Shown in pieces: positions 35,038 through 44,117 of a DNA stretch of 64,000 bases; the first letter of the stretch is position 1; each line of letters opens with the position of its first letter. The translations under genes were made by a program, and so were the position numbers. Source of the stretch: an uncultured Candidatus Saccharibacteria bacterium. GTDB lineage: Bacteria > Patescibacteriota > Minisyncoccia > Phycocordibacterales > DATGWK01. A model generated the notes under the pieces. That model had not been told where the DNA came from and did not search any database. It saw only the letters and a list, made by a program, of their open reading frames with translations. The stretch covers positions 6,924-70,923 of the forward strand of contig CAYRZH010000002.1 in assembly GCA_964428845.1 (NCBI GenBank), written 5' to 3'.

Positions 35038-36357
35038 ATGAAAAAAATATTCAAAAAAATAGTTGTTTGGATTCTTACAGCCGAAGCTCATTTGGTACTC
35101 AAAAAATACAAGCCGAAAATAATTGCAGTTACTGGTAGCGTCGGGAAGACGTCGACCAAAGATGCTATCTACACCATTCTTGCTAGTAAGGCCCATGTAC
35201 GGAAGAGCCAGAAAAGTTTCAATAGTGAGATAGGGGTGCCCCTGACAATTTTGGGTTTAGAGAACGCCTGGAGCAGTCCTCTTGGGTGGCTACACAACTT
35301 TATAGAGGGTTTGATTCTAATAATCTTGCCAAGTATTTATCCAAAAATTGTTATTCTGGAAATAGGTGCAGATAGACCTGGTGATATAGAAAAGATTGGC
35401 AGGTGGATTCACCCGAATATTGTAGTAATAACAAGGTTGAGCAAAGTACCTGTCCACGTCGAGTTTTTTTCTTCCCCTGAAGATGTTAAAAGGGAAAAAG
35501 AATTTCTGGCAAAAGCTCTAAAAAAGGAAGGAATATTAATTTTGAACGCCGATGATGAAGATGTGATGTCCTTTGCGAAGAATGGAAATAGTAATGGAAA
35601 GAATGCTCGTCTCGTCACATATGGTTTTAAAAATAATGCCAAAGTGAAGGCCTCTGAATATAAAATTATTTATGAAAACCGAGACAGTATCAAATTTCCG
35701 ATAGGGATTAGTTACAAGGTGAACTTTGAAACAACGATCTCGGAGGTAACCGTTGGGGGTACGGTGGGTATGCAAAATGCTTATACAAGCCTCGCAGCGA
35801 TCGCTGCAGGTGTTTCGAGTGGATATGACCTTCCAAAGCTTGTAGGTATTTTGAGTGAACATAAAACACCTCCGGGCAGAATGAAAATAATTGATGGATT
35901 GAATAACTCCATTATTATCGATGATTCCTACAATTCTTCTCCTGTGGCGCAGAGTGAAGCCTTGGAAGCGTTACGTGACTTAGATGCACATGGACGCAAA
36001 ATAGTAATACTGGGTGATATGCTCGAGCTGGGGCCATTCTCTGTAGGTGAGCACAAATTGGTCGGAGAGAAGGTGGCAGAAGTAGCATCAAACCTGATCA
36101 CCGTAGGGGTAAGGGCTAGGGCTATCCGAGATGCGGCAATCAATGCTGGCATGAGCGCGAGTTCCACTATTTCCTTTGAGGATTCACGACAAGCTGGAGA
36201 ATATGCCAAATCTCTGATTGGTCCAGGAGATGTAGTTCTCGTGAAGGGCTCTCAAGGAGGTATTCGTATGGAAAGGGCCGTAGAGGCACTTATGGCTAGG
36301 CCGGAGGAAAAAGAAGAGCTACTTGTTCGTCAGGAGCCCGAGTGGCAGAAAAGATAA
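35038..36357 (+). CDS. murF: UDP-MurNAc-tripeptide--D-Ala-D-Ala ligase
   Basis: VTGSVGKTSTK, N.EIGVPL, DDSYNSSP, GDMLELG, LVKGS. Confidence 0.93.
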   Translation: MKKIFKKIVVWILTAEAHLVLKKYKPKIIAVTGSVGKTSTKDAIYTILASKAHVRKSQKSFNSEIGVPLTILGLENAWSSPLGWLHNFIEGLILIILPSIYPKIVILEIGADRPGDIEKIGRWIHPNIVVITRLSKVPVHVEFFSSPEDVKREKEFLAKALKKEGILILNADDEDVMSFAKNGNSNGKNARLVTYGFKNNAKVKASEYKIIYENRDSIKFPIGISYKVNFETTISEVTVGGTVGMQNAYTSLAAIAAGVSSGYDLPKLVGILSEHKTPPGRMKIIDGLNNSIIIDDSYNSSPVAQSEALEALRDLDAHGRKIVILGDMLELGPFSVGEHKLVGEKVAEVASNLITVGVRARAIRDAAINAGMSASSTISFEDSRQAGEYAKSLIGPGDVVLVKGSQGGIRMERAVEALMARPEEKEELLVRQEPEWQKR

Positions 36358-36438
36358 AATTTGTGTAGTGTATTGCGTATCGCGCGCATATTTGTCTTCG
36401 TGGCTAATTTATTTTTATATGCACTGCGCGCCTTTAGC

Positions 36439-36510
36439 GGCCCTATCGTCTAACGGTTAGGACGGGAGCTTCTCAAGCTCCAAATCCGGGTTCGATTCCC
36501 GGTAGGGTCA
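36439..36510 (+). tRNA. trnE: tRNA-Glu(CUC)
   Basis: GGCCCTA...GGAGC-TTCTCAA-GCTCC...GGTTCGATTCCCGG-TAGGGTC-A; CCA not encoded. Confidence 0.95.
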
Positions 36511-36519
36511 GAGATTTGA

Positions 36520-36679
36520 GCGGGCCGAGAAGCTCTGGCCCTAAGCGGGCCGACTTCTCGGCCCGCGTCCGGGAATCGAACGCCGGAGCGATGTTTCGCC
36601 AGTAGGCGAAACCGCGAGGCGGTGCCCAGCCCGAGGCTAGGGCGGCGAGCCGAGAGGCGCGGGAGATTCCCGGTAGGGT
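36520..36679 (+). repeat. tRNA-associated structured element ending in a duplicate of the tRNA 3' end
   Basis: Hairpin 36520-36566; antisense T-arm CCGGGAATCGAAC 36569-36581; GATTCCCGGTAGGGT 36665-36679. Confidence 0.85.
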
Positions 36680-36760
36680 AATAGATGCTAAATATTAATT
36701 TGATCATTTGTGTTATATTCTCATAAGAAACACCTTAGCCATTACAGGAGGGAGTAATAA

Positions 36761-37060
36761 ATGAATATTATCAGAGCATGCTGTTTACTTTACCTTTGTA
36801 TTTGTATACCTTCAGACCTAAACCCCATGCTATGGATTGCAGGTAAATTCCTGGAGAGAAATCCCTTGCTACTCTCTATACATCTCTTGCTGTACCTGGC
36901 TTCAGGGATTTTCTTTTGTATAACAATTGGCTATGAAAAAAGAACTGCCAGAAAAAGAATAAGGCTAGGACTCTGTCCTGCGTGTGGTTATGATTGGCGA
37001 GTCACACCTCGAAGATGTCCTGAATGCGGAAGAATTCCGAGGCGCTACAGAATTGTCTGA
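36761..37060 (+). CDS. Small membrane protein with C-terminal zinc ribbon
   Basis: AGGAGG SD; 2 TM helices; CPACGYD...CPECG. Confidence 0.75.
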   Translation: MNIIRACCLLYLCICIPSDLNPMLWIAGKFLERNPLLLSIHLLLYLASGIFFCITIGYEKRTARKRIRLGLCPACGYDWRVTPRRCPECGRIPRRYRIV

Positions 37061-37073
37061 GCGTCTTTTTAGT

Positions 37074-37104
37074 CGAGAGGCGCGGGAGATTCCCGGTAGG
37101 GTCA
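37074..37104 (+). repeat. Third copy of the tRNA-Glu 3' end with the element's 3' tail
   Basis: CGAGAGGCGCGGGAGATTCCCGGTAGGGT identical to 36651-36679, then CA as in the tRNA. Confidence 0.9.
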
Positions 37105-37200
37105 TGCGAGCAAAAAATCACGGCCTTTTGCTCATATTAGATAAAACAAAACCCCGTCCAAACAAGCGCGGGGCTTGTCTGAAACGGGGTGAATGAATGA

Positions 37201-37779
37201 TCAGATGCGGCGGAAGAAGCTCAAGAAGTTGGTGATTCTCCTCACCACACTACGCTGGCTCAATCTCCCACGGAGTTCCCTGATCGTTGCCAACGCTCCA
37301 CCCAACTGCTGTTGGGTTTGCATGAGCTCGTTTTCGAGTTGCTTACGAGATTTGCCGTTCTGGCGTCCCTCGTAGCTCTCCTCGGGACGGATCGCGCCGG
37401 TCTTCACCATGTGCAGAATCGCCCTGAGGTCTTCCATGTTGTCGGCGATGATCCTGAGCGAGTACACCGGCAATTCGCGCCTGGAGTTTCCGCGTTCTCC
37501 CGGCGTGAGCTCGCATACTGCACTCCCATGCCGATAGACGCCGGATTCTCTGGGGCCCATTCGTGGGATTTCCTCGTGGCACGAGATTCTTACCACCAGA
37601 TTCTTCAGCGCGTCGGGGATGTCGTTGTCTTCTCTCCATGAGATATAAGGGGTAGAATCTCTATCGTACACATACTCACCAAAGATAGTTGTCTGATCTG
37701 CTGTGCCGTTCCTGCCGGGCTGACTCTTGTACTCGGGGAGCTCACGAACCTCGCCGCTTAGGTACACGTTGATGGACAT
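37201..37779 (-). CDS. Hypothetical protein with C-terminal coiled coil (orphan cassette)
   Basis: Start re-called at 37779 (AAAGGAG); promoter TTGACA-N17-TACCAT at 37881-37853; terminator at about 37147-37173. Confidence 0.72.
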   Translation of the reverse strand: MSINVYLSGEVRELPEYKSQPGRNGTADQTTIFGEYVYDRDSTPYISWREDNDIPDALKNLVVRISCHEEIPRMGPRESGVYRHGSAVCELTPGERGNSRRELPVYSLRIIADNMEDLRAILHMVKTGAIRPEESYEGRQNGKSRKQLENELMQTQQQLGGALATIRELRGRLSQRSVVRRITNFLSFFRRI

Positions 37780-38089
37780 GACTTTCTCCTTTTGTCGCTC
37801 TGGAATCGGTAGGGTTACTGGCCCAGTCCGTTCCACAAGTCGATCTGGTATCATGGTAGCATATACTATTACTTATGTCAATAGTTTTATATTTTCCAAA
37901 TAACCCCTGAAATTAGGCTTTCTAGCTTCTGTAAAATAAAATCTTTCCGAGGCTAGGGTGGCGAGTAGACAAATATCTATAGTAGGTAGAGAATTTGGGT
38001 AAAGGTCGGTCGTCACTACTCCTCTTTAAGATACCCGCAGTTGCGGGCCAAAAAACGACGGTAAAGATTAGGATTAACAACAAAAGATT

Positions 38090-38230
38090 ATGGCAACACA
38101 AAACCACGCCAACCCGATTGACAGAAAAAGATTCCTACGAAAAGAAGGCCATCTGACTCGTCCACCACGCCTCGAAGGTGTAGTTAAAGAAAAAATGATG
38201 AAAGCAGTTAAGAAGAAGCCAAATGTTTAA
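38090..38230 (+). CDS. Small basic protein (46 aa), not in the ORF track
   Basis: MATQNHANPIDRKRFLRKEGHLTRPPRLEGVVKEKMMKAVKKKPNV; stop overlaps the next ATG. Confidence 0.45.
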   Translation: MATQNHANPIDRKRFLRKEGHLTRPPRLEGVVKEKMMKAVKKKPNV

Positions 38231-38846
38231 AGACCGAAGAGAGGCAGGACGCAAACTGGCAGAAAAACTTGAAGCCTACCGTGGTGAAAACGGACTGATA
38301 CTTGCATTACCGCGAGGCGGGGTAGTTCTTGGGCATGAGATTGCCCATGCTCTTTCGATGCCGCTTGATATCATAACAACTCGAAAGATAGGACACCCAT
38401 CGAACCCAGAATATGCTATCGGAGCAGTAGATCAGGATGGTGTGACTATCCTAAATGAATCGGAAATCGCTTCAGTTGATAAGGAGTGGCTAAGAGACGA
38501 GGTCGAAAAACAAAAGGCGGAAGCGGTCCGCCGCAACGATTTGTATCGCAAACAAAGTAGAGCCCTTGAGGTTGGCGATAAAATCATAATCATCGTAGAT
38601 GACGGCATCGCCACTGGTTTTACCATGCGGCTCGCTGTGAAAGTGATCAAAAACAGAAACCCCAAAAGGGTAATTGTGGCGGTACCTGTTGCATCTCAAG
38701 AAACTATACAAAGGCTCAAAAAAGAGGGAGCGGATGAAATAATTGTACTTGAACCACCAGAGGAATTTATGGGAGCTGTCGGTGCGCATTACCAGCAATT
38801 TGACCAAGTTGATGATGAAGAAGTTATTAATCTGTTAAATTTATAA
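38223..38846 (+). CDS. Phosphoribosyltransferase family protein
   Basis: MF.DR.EAG, LALPRGGV, IVDDGIATG PRPP loop. Confidence 0.92.
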   Translation: MFKDRREAGRKLAEKLEAYRGENGLILALPRGGVVLGHEIAHALSMPLDIITTRKIGHPSNPEYAIGAVDQDGVTILNESEIASVDKEWLRDEVEKQKAEAVRRNDLYRKQSRALEVGDKIIIIVDDGIATGFTMRLAVKVIKNRNPKRVIVAVPVASQETIQRLKKEGADEIIVLEPPEEFMGAVGAHYQQFDQVDDEEVINLLNL

Positions 38847-38851
38847 TTTTT

Positions 38852-39082
38852 ATGAATCAAAAAAATATTTTGAAAATAGTTTTCATTCTCTCGCTTTTGG
38901 GGACCATTTTTTCTGGGACACTGTCATATATGGAGATTTTTAGTTCAACAGCAACGTGTCCTGCTCTCGGTGCTCCAGGTACGATTCTCGGATATCCCGC
39001 TTGTGTCTATGGTTTCGGCATGTTTATTCTACTCACGATAATCTCGGCGATCGGCCTCTGGGGCAATAAAAAACAAGAATAA
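38852..39082 (+). CDS. Small membrane protein with two Cys (VKOR/DsbB-like fragment)
   Basis: 2 TM helices flanking C...ILGYPAC.YG. Confidence 0.6.
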   Translation: MNQKNILKIVFILSLLGTIFSGTLSYMEIFSSTATCPALGAPGTILGYPACVYGFGMFILLTIISAIGLWGNKKQE

Positions 39083-39179
39083 AATTTCCTAAGGAATAAA
39101 TCTTGGCACGCCCTTGCAAAAAGCCGCTATATTGGCGTAGACTTCCTAGTGGATCGAATCAAACCAAGGGAGACTTACC

Positions 39180-39470
39180 ATGGAGCAAATGTCCCGAGAC
39201 GAATGGGAGTGGTTGCAGAAGCATGCCCGGATTGAGAATGGTGTTTACGTCTGCAAGCAGACGGGCGCTACGATAGCGACAGCCTTGGTTCCCAGATCAC
39301 TTTGGTTTAGGGGGTTTATGGGTGGTCCTGGCGAAGTGGAGTCGATACTGCATGTTTGTTGTCCATCCTGTCAGCCAGGCAAAGTCCCGCCTGAAAGAGG
39401 GACGAGCATCTACGAAGATGATATCGTCACAGTCGATGTGAATCCTGTTTTTCCAGCCGCTACTAGCTAG
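39180..39470 (+). CDS. Small Cys-containing hypothetical protein (orphan cassette)
   Basis: AAGGGAG SD; CCPSC; terminator at 39457-39482. Confidence 0.68.
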   Translation: MEQMSRDEWEWLQKHARIENGVYVCKQTGATIATALVPRSLWFRGFMGGPGEVESILHVCCPSCQPGKVPPERGTSIYEDDIVTVDVNPVFPAATS

Positions 39471-39521
39471 CGGTCTTTTTTTGTACAAAAAAAGAGCAGG
39501 ATTGATTCCTGCCCTCGATGG

Positions 39522-39893
39522 TCAAACAACCCCCCGCATTCTCTCCTCGCGAGTAAGTCCAGGCCAGGGGAGGGACTTAGGTACTCGCCGCCTCTTGGGC
39601 GTGGCACTACTTGTCACCCTTGACGCACGAACTACGCCCATCTTCTCTCGCTCGCGCAAAAGCTCACGCTTCTGTGCTGCCCGTTTGCCGAAGAACTTGC
39701 CCATCTCGGCCATACAGGCGGCGATCGTTTCCGGCGACCGAATGTTATGGTCTCGGATGGTTCGGAAAAGAAGGGCCCTGAAATCTGGACGTTCCTTCTT
39801 TCCGCTCCGATGAAGGCTCATCTCGGCGGCATATCGCGTTGAAGCCTTGTCGATAAGCATCCGCACCACGGGGTCAACTGGTCTTTCTTCCAC
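39522..39893 (-). CDS. Basic hypothetical protein (orphan cassette)
   Basis: AAAGGAG + GTG; promoter TTGACA-N16-TATAAT at 39970-39943; terminator at about 39487-39513. Confidence 0.65.
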   Translation of the reverse strand: MEERPVDPVVRMLIDKASTRYAAEMSLHRSGKKERPDFRALLFRTIRDHNIRSPETIAACMAEMGKFFGKRAAQKRELLREREKMGVVRASRVTSSATPKRRRVPKSLPWPGLTREERMRGVV

Positions 39894-39974
39894 TCCGATA
39901 CTCCTTTATCCAGAGGTGAATGATTTTGTTCTTTCTATTGCAATTATACCACTTACCATGGCATTGTCAAACGA

Positions 39975-40427
39975 TTATCCCCACAACCCCTCCACAACCG
40001 CCTTCACATCGTCTCCTGCCGCTTTTCCTTTGAGCTCTTTCATTACTGCACCCATAAGCATTCCGGCCTTAGACTTATCCGCCACACCCATTTCGTCTTT
40101 CTTTTTTTTAGCAACAACCGCAATTTCCTCGCGGCTCATCATTTTCGGACTGTATTCTTCAATTATCTTTAATTCAGCAGTCTCCGCTGCTACAAGATCC
40201 TCCCTCGCACCTTTCTTAAACTGCTCGATTGAGTCCTTTCTTTGTTTTATTGCTCTTTGGATTACTACGAGGGCGTCAGCATCAGATATTGTCTCGTCCG
40301 GCTTTCTCATTTTTGCCACGAGTTCATTTGTGAATGCGGCGATGAGGCCACGCAGTACCGTCACGCGGACGCTATCCTTTGCAAGCATCGCTTTCTTCAT
40401 ATCCTCACGAATTTTTTCTTGGATCAT
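39975..40427 (-). CDS. GatB/YqeY domain protein
   Basis: DMKKAM.AKD, KQRKDSIEQF..G.R.DL, G.LMGAVMK; start re-called. Confidence 0.92.
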   Translation of the reverse strand: MIQEKIREDMKKAMLAKDSVRVTVLRGLIAAFTNELVAKMRKPDETISDADALVVIQRAIKQRKDSIEQFKKGAREDLVAAETAELKIIEEYSPKMMSREEIAVVAKKKKDEMGVADKSKAGMLMGAVMKELKGKAAGDDVKAVVEGLWG

Positions 40428-40500
40428 ATTTGTTTCGCGCTTTGTGTTTTTAATTTTTCTTACTCTATCACATTTCGAAGCTCGTTGATATAATGGGCGC

Positions 40501-41571
40501 ATGATTTATGGTCTCATTATCGGCGGCATAGTGGTCGTGATCCTCATAAATGCACTTTTTTTCTGGTTTATCACCCAGAGGCTCGGTAAAAGGGGAGAGG
40601 AACCAGCGAAAAATGATGCAGGCCTCAACTTACTCCTCCAGCAAATGAATGAGCTCTCGAGAAACATGGACCTCAAAATGGGAGAGACGAGCCGCCAAGT
40701 CCACGACTCTATGCGTTCCCAATTTAGCGAGTCTGCCAAGCTCATCCGCGAAGTGACCCAAGGACTTACCAAGCTCGACGAGACCAACAAGCAGGTGGTC
40801 TCTTTTGCAGACCAACTTCAGTCACTCCAAGACATTTTGAAAAACCCAAAGCAGCGTGGAATCCTCGGCGAGTATTATCTCGAGGCCCTCCTTAAAAATG
40901 TTCTTCCTCCAGGAAGCTACCAGATGCAGTATCCGTTTAAAGACGGAACCATTGTGGACGCTGTGGTTTTTGTAAAAGACAAGATCATACCTATTGACTC
41001 TAAGTTTTCTCTTGAAAACTACAACCGTCTTGTCGAAGAGAGGGACCCAGTCGAAAAAGAAAAACTAGAAAAAGCTTTTCGCGCCGATCTCAAGCTCCGT
41101 ATTGACGAAACATCTAAGTATGTAAAGCCGGCGGAAAATACCATGGACTTTGCCTTCATGTTTATTCCTCACGAAGCCATATACTATGATCTTCTCGTGG
41201 CTCAAGTCGGAGCAGTAAAAGTAAATACCCGCGACCTCATCGACTATGCATTCAAAGATCGTCGAGTCATCATCGTCTCGCCGACATCCTTCCTGGCGTA
41301 CCTCCAGACAGTTCTTCAGGGCCTGAAGGCTCTGCAGATAGAGGAGTCAGCCAAAGAGATACTTGGGCGTGTGGAAGTCCTAGGGAAGCACCTGGGGGCC
41401 TATGAGCAGTTTATGGGGTCCCTGGGTAGCTCGCTCGGTACTACCGTCAATCATTACAACAGAGCTCATAAAGAACTCCAGAAGATAGACAAGGATGTGC
41501 TGAAAATAACGGGAATTTCGGCGGGGGTAGAAGCCGCTCTCATAGAAAAACCCGAGGCGGGGGAGAGCTAA
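40501..41571 (+). CDS. rmuC: DNA recombination protein RmuC
   Basis: K.RG.LGE..LE, IDSKF, TMDFAFMFIP.E, VSPT. Confidence 0.93.
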   Translation: MIYGLIIGGIVVVILINALFFWFITQRLGKRGEEPAKNDAGLNLLLQQMNELSRNMDLKMGETSRQVHDSMRSQFSESAKLIREVTQGLTKLDETNKQVVSFADQLQSLQDILKNPKQRGILGEYYLEALLKNVLPPGSYQMQYPFKDGTIVDAVVFVKDKIIPIDSKFSLENYNRLVEERDPVEKEKLEKAFRADLKLRIDETSKYVKPAENTMDFAFMFIPHEAIYYDLLVAQVGAVKVNTRDLIDYAFKDRRVIIVSPTSFLAYLQTVLQGLKALQIEESAKEILGRVEVLGKHLGAYEQFMGSLGSSLGTTVNHYNRAHKELQKIDKDVLKITGISAGVEAALIEKPEAGES

Positions 41572-41678
41572 GGTCATTTGCAGGTATTGGGCCTGTGTTG
41601 AGTGGGCAGATCTCGAAATTTCTTGAATTATGGCCTAGAGATTGCATTTTCCAAAGCTGTGTGTAGAATAGGGGAATT

Positions 41679-41996
41679 ATGGAATATGCCGTTATAGAGA
41701 CGGGTGGCAAACAATACCAGGTAAAAGCTGGCGATGTTTTAAAGATCGAAAAAATGCCAGGAGATTTTAGGGCGGGTGATTCTATCACCTTCGACAAAGT
41801 ATTATTGGTTGATAACGGTAAAGATACAACCATTGGCACTCCCTACATTTCTGGGGCTAAGGTCCTCGCAAAATTTGAGAAGGCTGGGCGCAATAAAACT
41901 GTTGATGTGGTTAAGTATAAACAAAAGAGTAGGTACTATAAGAAATATGGGCATCGTCAGCCATATTTTGAGGTTAAGATTGAGTCTATAAAATAA
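41679..41996 (+). CDS. rplU: 50S ribosomal protein L21
   Basis: YAVIETGGKQYQV, GHRQPY. Confidence 0.98.
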   Translation: MEYAVIETGGKQYQVKAGDVLKIEKMPGDFRAGDSITFDKVLLVDNGKDTTIGTPYISGAKVLAKFEKAGRNKTVDVVKYKQKSRYYKKYGHRQPYFEVKIESIK

Positions 41997-42012
41997 GCCG
42001 AACGATAGTATA

Positions 42013-42630
42013 TCACTGCCTGTTTCTAAGGGCATTTTTTATTGTCTCGTTGTCCGAATATTCTAATTCTGTCCCTAGCGAAAGACCCTTGCCCAATGTA
42101 GTAATTTTTAGTGGATATTTGTCTAAAAAGGGAGAGAGCGCCCTCTTTACAAAATCCGCCGTGTTTTCTCCAAGGGAATTGAAGTTCATGGCCAGGATGA
42201 TTTCTGTGAGACCACCTCTAGCTCGTTCCTCCACTGTTTTTAAAAGTTCTTTCAGGCGGATTCGTTTTTCTGGGGCGTCTTCAAGTATTGGTACCGAACC
42301 ACCGAGTACGAAGTAGTTTCCCTTAAAGGAACCAGTTTTTTCAATATTTTCCATATCCACGTCGTAGCTCACTATAGCCAAGAGCGAATTATCCCTATTT
42401 TTATCTCTGCATATTTTGCATTTATCTGTCGCTACCGATTCTCTTGGGAAAAATCGAAAGCAGGACTTGCAGGTAGAAACTTCTTTCTTTATGTCAGCAA
42501 TAAGGAGTGTAAGCTCGTCTATGTAACCTGAATTCTTTGTTAAAAGGAAATATACGAACCTTCTTGCCTGGCGCCCGCCGATCCCAGGAAATTCTGAAAA
42601 TAGTTCAGTAAGTTTGTTAAGAACGTTCAT
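42013..42630 (-). CDS. recR: Recombination mediator RecR
   Basis: PGIG.RQA.R, C4 zinc finger, YFVLGG, ELEY.D. Confidence 0.95.
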   Translation of the reverse strand: MNVLNKLTELFSEFPGIGGRQARRFVYFLLTKNSGYIDELTLLIADIKKEVSTCKSCFRFFPRESVATDKCKICRDKNRDNSLLAIVSYDVDMENIEKTGSFKGNYFVLGGSVPILEDAPEKRIRLKELLKTVEERARGGLTEIILAMNFNSLGENTADFVKRALSPFLDKYPLKITTLGKGLSLGTELEYSDNETIKNALRNRQ

Positions 42631-42659
42631 TTTGGATTATCTGTTTGGTTATCTAACAG

Positions 42660-44039
42660 TTAAAACTGGGCAAACTCTTTCTCGGCTCCACCAAAATTGC
42701 TCTTGTTGATACTTTGAAATGTCACCTTCTTATCATTGAAAAATAGTTCTACTTTCCCGGTTTCGCCATTTCTATGCTTCTCAATCAATATTTCGGCGAT
42801 ATTAGTTTTTTCTGATTCCTCTTTATATTTATCCTCGCGGTGAATGAACATAACAACGTCAGCATCCTGCTCTATGGAGCCGGAATCACGCAGGTCGGAA
42901 AGGCGAGGCCTGCCTCCGCGTTGTTCAACTGCGCGAGAAAGCTGTGATAGAGCAAGTATTGGTATGTCGAGCTCACGGGCGAGGTTTTTAAGGGACCTGG
43001 ATATTTCAGTGACTTGTTGCACCAAGTTATCACTGACACGGGCACCTACGGGAACCATGAGTTGGAGATAGTCAACCACCAAGAGCTTCAACCCCTTTTC
43101 ACTCTTTAGCCGACGGGCGATAGAGCGCATTTTGAGAATACTGTTGCCCGGCTGGTCATCGATGTAGATAGGGGCCTTGGAAAGGCGGTCTAGAGACTGC
43201 CTAATCGAGGCGAATTCATCCTCCTGGGTGAGGCGACCGGTACGAAGCTTCCAAGCGTCAACGTTTGACTGGGAAGCCAGCATTCTGTCGACAAGTTGCT
43301 GTGAGCTCATCTCCAGAGAAAAAATACCAACAGGAGTGTTGTGATTTATCGCCGTCTGTCGGGCAATGTCTAGAGCCAAAGAAGTTTTGCCCATAGAAGG
43401 TCGTGCAGCAAGGATTATAAGATCAGAATTTTGGAATCCAGATAGTTTGCTGTCAAGTTCCTGAAAACCGGTTGGCACACCGCGCAAACCCTCCTTGGTA
43501 TTGTGTAATCTGTCGAGGCGCTCCCAAGCTTCGGAAAGTTCGTCTTTAAGCTCTACAAATTTGTGTACTCCGGAGTAACTTGTAACATCAAAGATTTTCT
43601 TCTCTGCTCGATCAAGCATTTCCTCAAGATCTGTCGCTTCGTCGAAACCTAGATTTGAAATATGCTCGGCCACCTCAATGAGCCGGCGCATCATATATTT
43701 CTTCTGGACTATCTCTGCATAATACTTAGCGTTGGAAGAAGAGGGGACACTGCCAACAAGACTAGAAAGAAAAGTCGCGCCACCTATTTGGTCCAGCTGA
43801 TTTTTCTCCTTGAGCCGAGATGAGACAGAGAGAAGATCGATCGGGTTGCTTTTCCGAAAAAGCTCGAACATGGCATCAAATATAATTCGATTTTTTTCAG
43901 AATAGAAAGCATCTCGAGAGATAATATCGATGACTTCATACATCGCCTCCGGACGAAGCATGATCGAGCCAAGGAGGGCGGTTTCGGCCTCAAGGCTCTG
44001 TGGTGGTATGCGCAGATGGCTTTTAAGTTCCGGCGTCAT
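42660..44039 (-). CDS. dnaB: Replicative DNA helicase
   Basis: AARPSMGKT, FSLEM, DYLQL, SQLSR, LRDSGSIEQDAD; no intein. Confidence 0.98.
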   Translation of the reverse strand: MTPELKSHLRIPPQSLEAETALLGSIMLRPEAMYEVIDIISRDAFYSEKNRIIFDAMFELFRKSNPIDLLSVSSRLKEKNQLDQIGGATFLSSLVGSVPSSSNAKYYAEIVQKKYMMRRLIEVAEHISNLGFDEATDLEEMLDRAEKKIFDVTSYSGVHKFVELKDELSEAWERLDRLHNTKEGLRGVPTGFQELDSKLSGFQNSDLIILAARPSMGKTSLALDIARQTAINHNTPVGIFSLEMSSQQLVDRMLASQSNVDAWKLRTGRLTQEDEFASIRQSLDRLSKAPIYIDDQPGNSILKMRSIARRLKSEKGLKLLVVDYLQLMVPVGARVSDNLVQQVTEISRSLKNLARELDIPILALSQLSRAVEQRGGRPRLSDLRDSGSIEQDADVVMFIHREDKYKEESEKTNIAEILIEKHRNGETGKVELFFNDKKVTFQSINKSNFGGAEKEFAQF

Positions 44040-44117
44040 CCCAACATATTACCAGAGGTTGCCCTTTATCAAGTAGTGACAAGTTTGCCTAAACTGTTTC
44101 TAAGATGTTTATAAATA

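Noticed and set aside
37940-38070. PRPP/ykkC or ZTP riboswitch upstream of the PRTase
   Set aside because: Only CTAGGGT matches; the remaining consensus elements are missing
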